The notes under the pieces are model-generated. The model was not told where the DNA came from. It saw nothing but the letters and a program-made list of their open reading frames with translations, and did not search any database. From contig JBBQZX010000009.1 of NCBI GenBank assembly GCA_038207335.1, positions 1 through 64,000 on the forward strand: a DNA stretch of 64,000 nt. The letters are read 5' to 3'. The translations under genes and the position numbers were made by a program. Below are positions 55,885-64,000 of this stretch, piece after piece. The DNA comes from Chthoniobacterales bacterium (GTDB lineage Bacteria; Verrucomicrobiota; Verrucomicrobiia; Chthoniobacterales; Chthoniobacteraceae). Every line of letters starts with the position of its first letter. The stretch's first letter is position 1.

Positions 55885-57645
55885 CTACTTCGCGGGGGCG
55901 ATGAAGAGTTTGCGGCCTTTGAATTTGATGCCGTTCAGCTTCTCCACGACACTCGCTGCCTCTTCTTTCGCAACATCGACGAGCGTCTGTTTGGGAAGCA
56001 GGTGGATCGCGCCGATGGACTCTTTCGGAATGCGCGCGACGCCCGCAATGACGCCGACCACATCGCCCGGTTGGATGTCGTGTTCGCGTCCGAGATTCAT
56101 CGCGAGTCGCACCATTCCTGCCTCGTGCGATTTCGCGCCGGGCTCGGCGACGTTGCGTTTTCCGGCGGGTGATGGGCGCGCATTTTCACGCGGCAGGCGG
56201 TCGCGAAACTCGCGCTTTTCGGTGCGCGGCTCGCGAGATTCGCGTGGCGGGCGCGATTCGTATTTCGGGTAATCCCGCGACTCGTCGCGAGGTTCGCGTG
56301 GCTCGCGAAACGTGTGTTGTGGCGGTTCTTCGCGCGCCGGTTCGGGATTGCGCGGCTTGTCGTTGCCCGAGAGATGGATGAGCGCGGAGGCGATGTCGGT
56401 CGGCGAGTGACCGGCTTCGAGCAGGCGGTCGATGAGAGCTTCGTGGCGCTTGAATTCGCCTTTCTCGAGCGTCTCTTTCAATGAGTCGAAAAAAGCGTTG
56501 CTGCGCTTTTCCTCGACCTCATCGGCGGAGGGCACGCGCTCGCGCCGGATGCGGCTTTTCGTGAAACGCTGGATGTTCTCCAGCTTATAAATCTCGCGCC
56601 CGGCGACGAATGTGATCGCCCGCCCGGCGCGACCCGCGCGACCGGTGCGGCCAATACGGTGGACGTAGTCTTCGCCATCGTGCGGGAGGTCGTAGTTGAA
56701 GACGACTTCGATGTCGTCCACGTCGAGCCCGCGCGCGGCGACGTCGGTCGCGACGAGGAACTCGAACCCGCGTTTTCGGAATTTCGCCATGACGCGCTCG
56801 CGCGCGTTTTGCGTGATGTCGCCGTGCAGTTTGTCGGCGGAATAGCCGCGCGCGATGAGGTGCTCGACGAGTTCATCGACCATCATTTTCGTGGCGCAAA
56901 AGATGATGCCAAATTTGATGTCGTTGAGGTCAATGAGGCGGCAGAGCGCCTCGACTTTAAAGCGGCGATCGACTTCGTAATAGACCTGCTCGATCGCGGG
57001 GACGGTGAGCGCCTCGGCGTCGCAGCGCACGTTTTGCGGGTCGCGCGTGAAGCTCTTGATGAGTTGCTTGATCGGCGCGGGGACGGTCGCGGAAAAGAAG
57101 ACCGTCTGCCGCTCGGCAGGCGACTGGCTGAGGATTTTCCGGATGTCTTCGACGAAGCCCATGTCGAGCATCCGGTCGGCCTCGTCGAGGATGACCATGC
57201 GGATTTGATCGAGCTTAAGCGATTTGCGATCAAGGTGATCCATGATGCGTCCCGGCGTGCCGATGACGATCTGCGCGCCCGCGTGAAGCCCGCGAAATTG
57301 GCGCTCGTAAGACGCGCCGCCGTAGATCGGGAGCTCGCGTACGCCGCGCTTGAACATCGCGAGTTTCGCCACCTCCTCCGCCACCTGCACGGCCAGTTCG
57401 CGCGTCGGGCAGAGGATGAGCACCTGGACAGCCTTCAGATCGCCATCCACCCGCTCGATCGCGGGGATGGCAAATGCAGCGGTCTTGCCGGAGCCGGTCT
57501 GCGACTGGCCCACCATGTCGGCGCCGCCCATGATGACGGGGATGGCCGCGGACTGGATGGGCGAGGCTTCCTCGAAGCCTATTTTGGCGATCGCCTTGAG
57601 CAATTCCGGCGACAGGCCGAGCTCACTGAAAAGTTTCTTTTGCAT
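55885..57645 (-). CDS. deaD: DEAD-box RNA helicase DeaD/CsdA type
   Basis: Q motif, QTGSGKT, PTRELA, DEAD, SAT, HRIGRTGR; C-terminal DbpA-like domain. Confidence 0.93.
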   Translation of the reverse strand: MQKKLFSELGLSPELLKAIAKIGFEEASPIQSAAIPVIMGGADMVGQSQTGSGKTAAFAIPAIERVDGDLKAVQVLILCPTRELAVQVAEEVAKLAMFKRGVRELPIYGGASYERQFRGLHAGAQIVIGTPGRIMDHLDRKSLKLDQIRMVILDEADRMLDMGFVEDIRKILSQSPAERQTVFFSATVPAPIKQLIKSFTRDPQNVRCDAEALTVPAIEQVYYEVDRRFKVEALCRLIDLNDIKFGIIFCATKMMVDELVEHLIARGYSADKLHGDITQNARERVMAKFRKRGFEFLVATDVAARGLDVDDIEVVFNYDLPHDGEDYVHRIGRTGRAGRAGRAITFVAGREIYKLENIQRFTKSRIRRERVPSADEVEEKRSNAFFDSLKETLEKGEFKRHEALIDRLLEAGHSPTDIASALIHLSGNDKPRNPEPAREEPPQHTFREPREPRDESRDYPKYESRPPRESREPRTEKREFRDRLPRENARPSPAGKRNVAEPGAKSHEAGMVRLAMNLGREHDIQPGDVVGVIAGVARIPKESIGAIHLLPKQTLVDVAKEEAASVVEKLNGIKFKGRKLFIAPAK

Positions 57646-57708
57646 CGCGGCTTGTAACTTGGCGGGTCGCCTCGCGCGAGGATTATCGAGGACCGGACGC
57701 GGTCGCGC

Positions 57709-57990
57709 TTAAACAGCCGCGGGCTTTTCGCGGTAGAGGACCGCGACGTTTCCCACCCGCATGATGAGCTCGCTGCCGGTCTGCTCCACGATCTGCGGGA
57801 CGATCGACTTCTTCTGCTCTTTGAATGCGATGAACTTCATTTTCACGAGCCCGTGTTGCGTGAGCGCTTCGTCGAGGCTTTTCAAAAACGCTGGGCTCAT
57901 GCCGCCGTGACCGAGCTTTACGATCGGCTCGAGCCGTTGGGCGCGGGCTTTGAGGTCGGACTTTTCTGCGTTGGTTAAAGTGGCGGACAT
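57709..57990 (-). CDS. yhbY: YhbY/CRM RNA-binding protein
   Basis: LKARAQRLEPIVKLGHGG, HGLVKMK, VGNVAVLYR. Confidence 0.88.
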   Translation of the reverse strand: MSATLTNAEKSDLKARAQRLEPIVKLGHGGMSPAFLKSLDEALTQHGLVKMKFIAFKEQKKSIVPQIVEQTGSELIMRVGNVAVLYREKPAAV

Positions 57991-58075
57991 GGCGCGGATT
58001 CTGGCGGCGAGCGGGCGGGGGAGCGAGCGTGTTTCTCGACTCGCGCGGCTCGCCGTGTTAGCTCCCCGCGCGCCG

Positions 58076-58714
58076 ATGACGACTCCGAACAAGATCACGA
58101 TCACGCGGATTTTGATGATCCCGATCTTCGTGATGATGGCGATCTACTACGGCCGCAGTGTGGCGCGCGGCGAGCCGCTGGACTGGCAGCGCTGGCTTGC
58201 TATCGGAATCTTCGTGACCGCTTCCGCGAGCGATGGGCTCGATGGATACATCGCGCGTCGCTACAATCAAAAGAGCCGACTCGGCGTGATCCTCGACCCG
58301 ATCGCGGACAAGGGGTTGCTGCTCGCGGGCATCATCACGCTGAGTTTTACGAACTGGAGCTACCAGTTCCCGCTGTGGTTTCCGGTTCTCGTGATCGCGC
58401 GCGACGTGATCGTGGTCGCGGGCGCGCTGACGCTGAATTTTCTCAACGGAACCGTGCAGGTGCGGACGCGCTGGACTGGGAAAACGGCGACGGTTTTTCA
58501 GATGATCGCGCTCGCGCTGGCGATGCTGCAGATCAATCCATTTTCCAAGACGATCGGCCTCCGCTCGTGGTCGGTGGATGTCGATACGATCGATGTCGCG
58601 GTCGCGCTGGCGGCATTTTTCACAACGGTCTCCGGCATCAGATATGTGATCGATGGGATCGCGCAGATTCACGACAAAGGGCACGGCGATCCGAAGGCGT
58701 GGACGGAAATTTGA
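58076..58714 (+). CDS. pgsA: CDP-alcohol phosphatidyltransferase (PgsA-like)
   Basis: PNKITITR and SDGLDGYIARR..SRLG..LDPIADK. Confidence 0.88.
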   Translation: MTTPNKITITRILMIPIFVMMAIYYGRSVARGEPLDWQRWLAIGIFVTASASDGLDGYIARRYNQKSRLGVILDPIADKGLLLAGIITLSFTNWSYQFPLWFPVLVIARDVIVVAGALTLNFLNGTVQVRTRWTGKTATVFQMIALALAMLQINPFSKTIGLRSWSVDVDTIDVAVALAAFFTTVSGIRYVIDGIAQIHDKGHGDPKAWTEI

Positions 58715-58809
58715 GGGATTCAGTGTTCAGGGAGCGGCGTTCAGTGTTCAATCGCGGTCGGGCGCGCTTCCCGGAAACTGAAACCTGAAAATCGAACACT
58801 GAACACCGC

Positions 58810-60324
58810 ATGCCCGAACGTATTGTCGCAATCGTAGGCCGACCCAATGTCGGCAAGTCCGCGCTCTTTAACCGTCTCGCGGGGCGCAAAATTTCCATCG
58901 TCCACGACATGCCCGGCGTGACTCGCGACCGCATCGCGACGACGTGCAAGATCGGCAATTTCCCGTTTACTATTTTCGATACCGGCGGCATCGGGAGCAA
59001 TGTGGACGCGAGCTTCACGGAGCAAGTCCATGCCGAAGTCGATATTGCGGTGGAGACAGCGGACGTGCTGCTTTTCGTCGTGGATGGGCAGTCGGGATTG
59101 AACCCGATCGATGAGGAACTCGCGCGGCAGCTCCGGCGCGTGCGCAAGCCGGTGCTGCTCGTCATCAATAAAATCGACGTCGATCAGCATGCGCCGAATG
59201 CGGTGGAATTCAGCCGGCTCGGCTTTGAAAATCACATCGCGATCAGCGCTGAGCACAACCGCGCGATCGAGCCGCTGGTGGCGTGGACGGAGCGGCTGCT
59301 GCCGTCGCCGGATCATGCGAGAGCCGAGGCGGAGGCGCTGAAGCAGCCGGTGAAGATCGCGATCGTCGGGCGGCCGAATGTCGGCAAATCGTCGCTCACG
59401 AATATGGTCCTGCAGGACGAGCGGACAATCGTGAGCGAGATTTCGGGGACGACGCGCGACGCGATCGACATCCCGTATGCGCGGCACGGCAGCGACTACA
59501 TTTTGATCGATACGGCGGGCATCCGTCCGCGCGGGAAAGTGTCGAGCTCGGTCGAAGTTTTTAGCGTCATGCGGTCGGAGTCGAGCATCCGGCGCGCGGA
59601 TATTTGCCTGCTCGTGCTCGATGCTTCGATGGGTGTCACGGCGCAGGATAAAAAGATCGCCGGGCTGATCCAGGAGGCGCGAAAGCCGTGCGTGGTGGCG
59701 GTGAATAAATGGGATTTGGTGAAAGAGAAGACGGACGACAAGGCGTCGCTCACGGAGTTTCTCGATGACCTGCGGGCGGAGCTTTTCTTCCTCGATTACG
59801 CGCCGGTGCTGCTCGCATCGGCAAAGACCGGCGCGGAAATGACGCGCATTTTTAAGACGATCGAACGGATCAAAAAAGAGGCGCAGGATCGCATCGGCAC
59901 CGGGCCGCTGAACCGCTTGCTCGCCGCCGCGACGACCGCGCATCCTTCGCCGATGCAGGCCGGGCGGCGGTTCAAAATCTTGTACGGCACGCTCGCGGAC
60001 ACGCGCACGCGCTCGCCGATCCCGATCCCGGAGATCGTTCTTTTCTGCAATGACGAGAAGCTGCTGGTGGAAAGCTACCGGCGTTTTCTGGAGGCGCGCA
60101 TCCGCGAGGCGTGGCCATGCACGGGCTTGCCGCTGCTTTTCCACCTGCGCCCGCGAGAGGTGAAAGGCTCGGCGAAGCAAGCCGCGCGCGGTCGAAAAGG
60201 GGGCGGCGAGCAGAAGCCGAAAACGCCGCGTGCGCAGGAGCACGCATCTCGGAAGCGCGACATGTATCCCGCGGGGAAAAAGCGCCCGGCGCGCGGAGTG
60301 ACGGGGCGGCGGCAGGGAGGTTGA
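58810..60324 (+). CDS. der: Ribosome biogenesis GTPase Der
   Basis: Two GRPNVGKS G-domains (GVTRD/GTTRD, DTGG/DTAG, NKID/NKWD) plus KH-like domain. Confidence 0.96.
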   Translation: MPERIVAIVGRPNVGKSALFNRLAGRKISIVHDMPGVTRDRIATTCKIGNFPFTIFDTGGIGSNVDASFTEQVHAEVDIAVETADVLLFVVDGQSGLNPIDEELARQLRRVRKPVLLVINKIDVDQHAPNAVEFSRLGFENHIAISAEHNRAIEPLVAWTERLLPSPDHARAEAEALKQPVKIAIVGRPNVGKSSLTNMVLQDERTIVSEISGTTRDAIDIPYARHGSDYILIDTAGIRPRGKVSSSVEVFSVMRSESSIRRADICLLVLDASMGVTAQDKKIAGLIQEARKPCVVAVNKWDLVKEKTDDKASLTEFLDDLRAELFFLDYAPVLLASAKTGAEMTRIFKTIERIKKEAQDRIGTGPLNRLLAAATTAHPSPMQAGRRFKILYGTLADTRTRSPIPIPEIVLFCNDEKLLVESYRRFLEARIREAWPCTGLPLLFHLRPREVKGSAKQAARGRKGGGEQKPKTPRAQEHASRKRDMYPAGKKRPARGVTGRRQGG

Positions 60325-60383
60325 GTCGCCCACCTTTGACCTTCCCACTGCGCCTCGTCGGCGCCTAGCCTCGCCGCCCCTTT

Positions 60384-61463
60384 ATGAGCCAAAAAATGAA
60401 TGCTGCTGTCGTCGGTTGCGGGATCGGAAAAAGCCACATGCTCGCTTTTCAGAAAGTCTCCGACCTCTTCAATCTGCGCGCGATCTGTGACCTCGATGCC
60501 AAGAAAACGCAGGAGCTTGCGGACGAGCTGAAAGTCCCGATCACCTACAATTCGCTCGAGGCGCTCTGCGCCGATCCCGAGGTGGATGTCATCGATCTCG
60601 CAACTCCGCCGCATCTCCATTTCGACCAAATTCGCCAAGTCCTCGCGGCAGGGAAGCATGTCATCTGCGAGAAGCCGCTCGTCCCTTCGCTCCAGCATGT
60701 CGATCGGCTCATCGAGATCGAAAAATCGAGCGGCAAGCGCGTCCTCCCGATCTTCCAATATCGGTACGGGCACGGTCTGCAGAAGCTGAAGCTGCTCGTC
60801 GATCGCGGACTGGCGGGCAAGCCGCACACGGTGAATATCGAGACCTCGTGGCGCCGCCGCGACGATTACTACGCGATCGCGTGGCGCGGGAAGTGGAAGA
60901 CGGAACTCGGTGGCTGCTGCCTCACGCACTCCATCCACGCGCACGATATTTTGACTTACATCAACGGCCCGGTGAAGCGCGTCTTCGCCCGCTGCGCGAC
61001 GCGTGTGAATCCGGTTGAGGTGGAGGATTGCGCGGCGATCACTTTTGAAATGGCGGACGGCTCGCTCGCCGGATCGACGACGACGCTCGGGCGCGCCGAC
61101 GAGATTTCGCGACACAGTTTCGTCTTCGAGCGCCTGAGCGCGGACAGCAATCTGCGAGCCTACGATAGCTCAGGTGACCCGTGGGTTTTCAAAGGCGACA
61201 CAAAGGCGATCCAAGAGGAGATCGATGCGGCGCTGAAAGATTTCGAGCCCGAACCGGAGCACTATCAGGGGCAGTTCGCGCGTTTTCATGCTGCGCTGGA
61301 AAATGGCACCGACCTGCCCGCGACGCTCGCCGATGCCCGGCAATCACTCGAACTCATCACTGCAATCTACCACTCTGCGGACACGGGCGAGGCGGTCGAA
61401 TTGCCGCTCACCAGCGAGCACCCGAAATACGCAAACTGGACTCCCTCGAAATTTCGCGAGTAG
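60384..61463 (+). CDS. Gfo/Idh/MocA family oxidoreductase
   Basis: VVGCGIG, AGKHVICEKP, WRGKW..ELGG, HSIH. Confidence 0.9.
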   Translation: MSQKMNAAVVGCGIGKSHMLAFQKVSDLFNLRAICDLDAKKTQELADELKVPITYNSLEALCADPEVDVIDLATPPHLHFDQIRQVLAAGKHVICEKPLVPSLQHVDRLIEIEKSSGKRVLPIFQYRYGHGLQKLKLLVDRGLAGKPHTVNIETSWRRRDDYYAIAWRGKWKTELGGCCLTHSIHAHDILTYINGPVKRVFARCATRVNPVEVEDCAAITFEMADGSLAGSTTTLGRADEISRHSFVFERLSADSNLRAYDSSGDPWVFKGDTKAIQEEIDAALKDFEPEPEHYQGQFARFHAALENGTDLPATLADARQSLELITAIYHSADTGEAVELPLTSEHPKYANWTPSKFRE

Positions 61464-61515
61464 TCCTGAGCGGGCGGTCTGTTTCGAGGTTCGCGCGACG
61501 AATGCCGCAGATCGT

Positions 61516-62871
61516 TCACGTATTCTTCAGCACGCCCGTGCTGTCGCCGATGCGGTCGGCTTTGACTCCAATCTCACCGAGCATCGAGAGGTAGAGATTC
61601 GTCATCGGCGTGTCGGTTTTGAATTTCATGTGCTGGCCGGGCTGAAAGTCGCTCGCGCCTTTGCCGCAAAGTAGTACGGGCAGGTTGTTGTGCGCGTGCG
61701 CGTTGCCATCGGCGATGCCGCTTCCAACGACGATCATTGAGTTATCGAGCACGCTTCCGTTGCTTTCGCGCATCCCTTTGAGCTTCCCGATGAAGTCTGC
61801 GAACTGCTCCATGTGGAAGTGGTTGATCTTCGCGATCTTCGCCTTTTTCTCCGCGTTGTTTCCGTGGTGGGAGAGTTCGTGGTGCCCCTCATTCACTCCG
61901 ATGAAAGGGTAGGAGCGGTTGCTGCCTTCGCGCAGCACCATGTAGCTCGCGATGCGTGTGGAATCGGTCTGCATCGCGAAGGCGAGCAGGTCGTACATGA
62001 TCTTCACATGCTGCGTGAAATCACCGGGGATTCCGTCCGGCCGTGGGATCGTGGGACGCGGCATCGCGGCGCGAAATTTCGTCTCCTGCTCGATGGACAC
62101 CTCGGTCTCGCGGAGCGCGGTCATGTATTCATCCATTTTGCGGCGGTCGGTCGCGCCGAGCTGTTTTTGCAGCGCGCGCGCGTCGTCGCAAACCATGTCG
62201 AGGATGCTCTTGCGCGACGCCTCGCGGACAGCGCGCCCGGCGGCAAGGTCGGGGTCTTCCTGTGAGCCAAAGAGCTTGTCGAAGACGAGCCGCGGATCGG
62301 CGGTGGGTGGCATCGGAGTGTTCTCGTTGCGCCAGGAGATGTTGTTTTGGTACGCGCACGCGTACCCGGAATCGCAAGCGCCCGCCTGCCTCCCGGAGCT
62401 GTCGCAGCTCAGCTCGAGAGACGGGATTCGCGTCTTCGTGCCGACTTGCTGCGCTGCGACCTGATCGACTGAGACGCCGATGTGAATGTCGGAGCCCGCA
62501 GTCTTGCGCGGATGCACGCCGGTCAGGAAGCACGCGTTCGCGCGCGCGTGATCGCCCGGGCCGTCGCCGAGGCCTTTTGCGTTGTTGTGCGCGAGTCCGC
62601 TGAGGACTGAGAAATTTGTGCGATGAGGCGCGAGCGGCTGGAGGATGGAGGGCAGCTCGAATGCGCTCCCGGCGGATTTAGGCGTCCAGTTCTCCATGTC
62701 CATCCCGTTCGGCAGATAGACAAAAATGAGCCGCTTCGGGATGCCGCCGACCGGTCCCACAGCGCGGCTGAGAGGTGCCATGCACTCCAGCAGCGGCAGA
62801 GCGATACAGGCGCCGAGCCCCTTGAGAAATGTGCGGCGCGGGAGGCGGAGAGACGCATTTGTGATATGCAT
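61516..62871 (-). CDS. DUF1552 domain protein (Tat-like signal)
   Basis: RRTFLKG, YLPNG, SVDQ, CDSGYACAY..NISW, HHELSHH. Confidence 0.85.
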   Translation of the reverse strand: MHITNASLRLPRRTFLKGLGACIALPLLECMAPLSRAVGPVGGIPKRLIFVYLPNGMDMENWTPKSAGSAFELPSILQPLAPHRTNFSVLSGLAHNNAKGLGDGPGDHARANACFLTGVHPRKTAGSDIHIGVSVDQVAAQQVGTKTRIPSLELSCDSSGRQAGACDSGYACAYQNNISWRNENTPMPPTADPRLVFDKLFGSQEDPDLAAGRAVREASRKSILDMVCDDARALQKQLGATDRRKMDEYMTALRETEVSIEQETKFRAAMPRPTIPRPDGIPGDFTQHVKIMYDLLAFAMQTDSTRIASYMVLREGSNRSYPFIGVNEGHHELSHHGNNAEKKAKIAKINHFHMEQFADFIGKLKGMRESNGSVLDNSMIVVGSGIADGNAHAHNNLPVLLCGKGASDFQPGQHMKFKTDTPMTNLYLSMLGEIGVKADRIGDSTGVLKNT

Positions 62872-63040
62872 GGCGTAAGACGAAATCTTAGTCCGAAGTA
62901 TCTGGATCGGCAACGCGGCAAATTATTCGAGCCGCAGTCTCGATCCCGCTCTCGAAAAGGCAGGGATATTTCAGTTTGCGGTTCGACCACCGTGGCGGTC
63001 AGTTGCGCGCCTGGTCGCAGGCATCTCAACCCATTCTTTC

Positions 63041-64000
63041 ATGAAGCACTCCACCATCGAACCGCTCGAAGCCCGCATCGCTCCGGCGATGCTCTTGAAT
63101 TCCACGACCGTGATTTTCCACGATCTCGATGGCGACGACGTGACGGTGAAATTTTCCAAGCCGATCCTCAACAGCCCGGTGACGGCGGCGCTTTTGCTGA
63201 AGTTCGACACGGGCTCGGTGCATGACGACGCGACAGATGACGGGCCGCAGCAGCTCCAGCTCATCGACCTCCAATCGCAGGTGGCAACCACCGTGAACGG
63301 TGTGAGCTTTTCAGTCACGGCGAAGCGCAGCGCAACGCGCGGTGGCGATGGGTTCGCGGATGTGGGATTTGTTAATGCTATGGGGCTCGATCTCGGCGTG
63401 GTGCAAATCGCGGGCGATCTCGGGCGCATCATCGCAGGCAACACGACGACCACGAGCGCGCCGGCGGTGAAGTCGTTGACGGTGCAGTCGATGGGAGAAC
63501 TTGGGATTTCCACGCAGCAGGCGGGCGGGTCGTTGGCGAGCAGCCTAGATGGCGGACTATCGACGCTCGTGGTCAAAGGGAGCTTGCGCGATGTGTCGAT
63601 CGCGGTGACCGGCGCGGCGGAGGGGACGATCGGCTCGGCAACAATCGGCGGTACGATTTTCGGCGGAGTCATCACGACGACTGGAGACTTTGGCAGCGTG
63701 AAGATCGGCGGTTCGTTGCTCGGTGGCGCGATGGATCACTCGGGGCGCATCGTGTCGGGTGGGGCGCTCGGGAGTGTGACGATCGGCGGCGCTGTGGAGG
63801 GGACGGGCGCGGACACCGGGATCGTGTCGGCGGCGACGACGATGAATTCGGTGAAGATTGGCGGCGACCTGCGCGGTGGTGCTGGGGCGAGCTCTGGGCG
63901 CGTGAGCACGAACACGGGTGACATTTCAAACATCACGATCGGTGGCTCGATCGCAGGGGGCGCGGGCCAGTCCAGCGGTGCGATCGAGGCGGGGCACGGT
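63041..64000 (+). CDS. Large LEPR-XLL-type Gly-rich beta-repeat surface protein (3' end runs off the window)
   Basis: Manual translation MKHSTIEPLEARIAPA..., then repeats such as SVKIGGSLLGG, SVTIGGAVEG, NITIGGSIAGG; no stop before the window end. Confidence 0.8.
   Translation, partial: MKHSTIEPLEARIAPAMLLNSTTVIFHDLDGDDVTVKFSKPILNSPVTAALLLKFDTGSVHDDATDDGPQQLQLIDLQSQVATTVNGVSFSVTAKRSATRGGDGFADVGFVNAMGLDLGVVQIAGDLGRIIAGNTTTTSAPAVKSLTVQSMGELGISTQQAGGSLASSLDGGLSTLVVKGSLRDVSIAVTGAAEGTIGSATIGGTIFGGVITTTGDFGSVKIGGSLLGGAMDHSGRIVSGGALGSVTIGGAVEGTGADTGIVSAATTMNSVKIGGDLRGGAGASSGRVSTNTGDISNITIGGSIAGGAGQSSGAIEAGHG

Overview
GC-rich bacterial chromosomal window, most likely Verrucomicrobiota/PVC (inferred from PEP-CTERM, LEPR-XLL-type, CotH/LTD and DUF1552 proteins). 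The backbone is housekeeping and metabolic: dnaX (partial), mgtE, GntP permease, GH78 rhamnosidase plus sugar MFS, a 2685-aa PEP-CTERM beta-helix protein, sorAB, a sulfatase, Fur-sufCBD, tRNA-Asp, xerD-purC, deaD, yhbY, pgsA and der. Two accessory regions stand out. (1) About 44.4-52.3 kb is a co-oriented minus-strand locus: a 21-bp-period repeat array, a 204-aa unknown protein, a secreted trimeric fibre-like protein, a mosaic secreted 1107-aa protein (three neck-like repeats, Ca-binding repeats, C-terminal peptidoglycan amidase), a translationally coupled membrane-anchored candidate immunity protein, and stacked attC-like hairpins. I read this as a candidate fibre-displayed polymorphic toxin system. 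(2) A 2.5-kb integrase-less islet at the tRNA-Asp 3' end is bounded by a 23-bp direct repeat and carries a frameshifted kbl remnant. Also present: several REP-like palindromes, a second 21-bp array, an ICE-like Fur-family box before suf, and sharp local C/G skew switches. All family calls come from motif recognition by eye; no searches were run.
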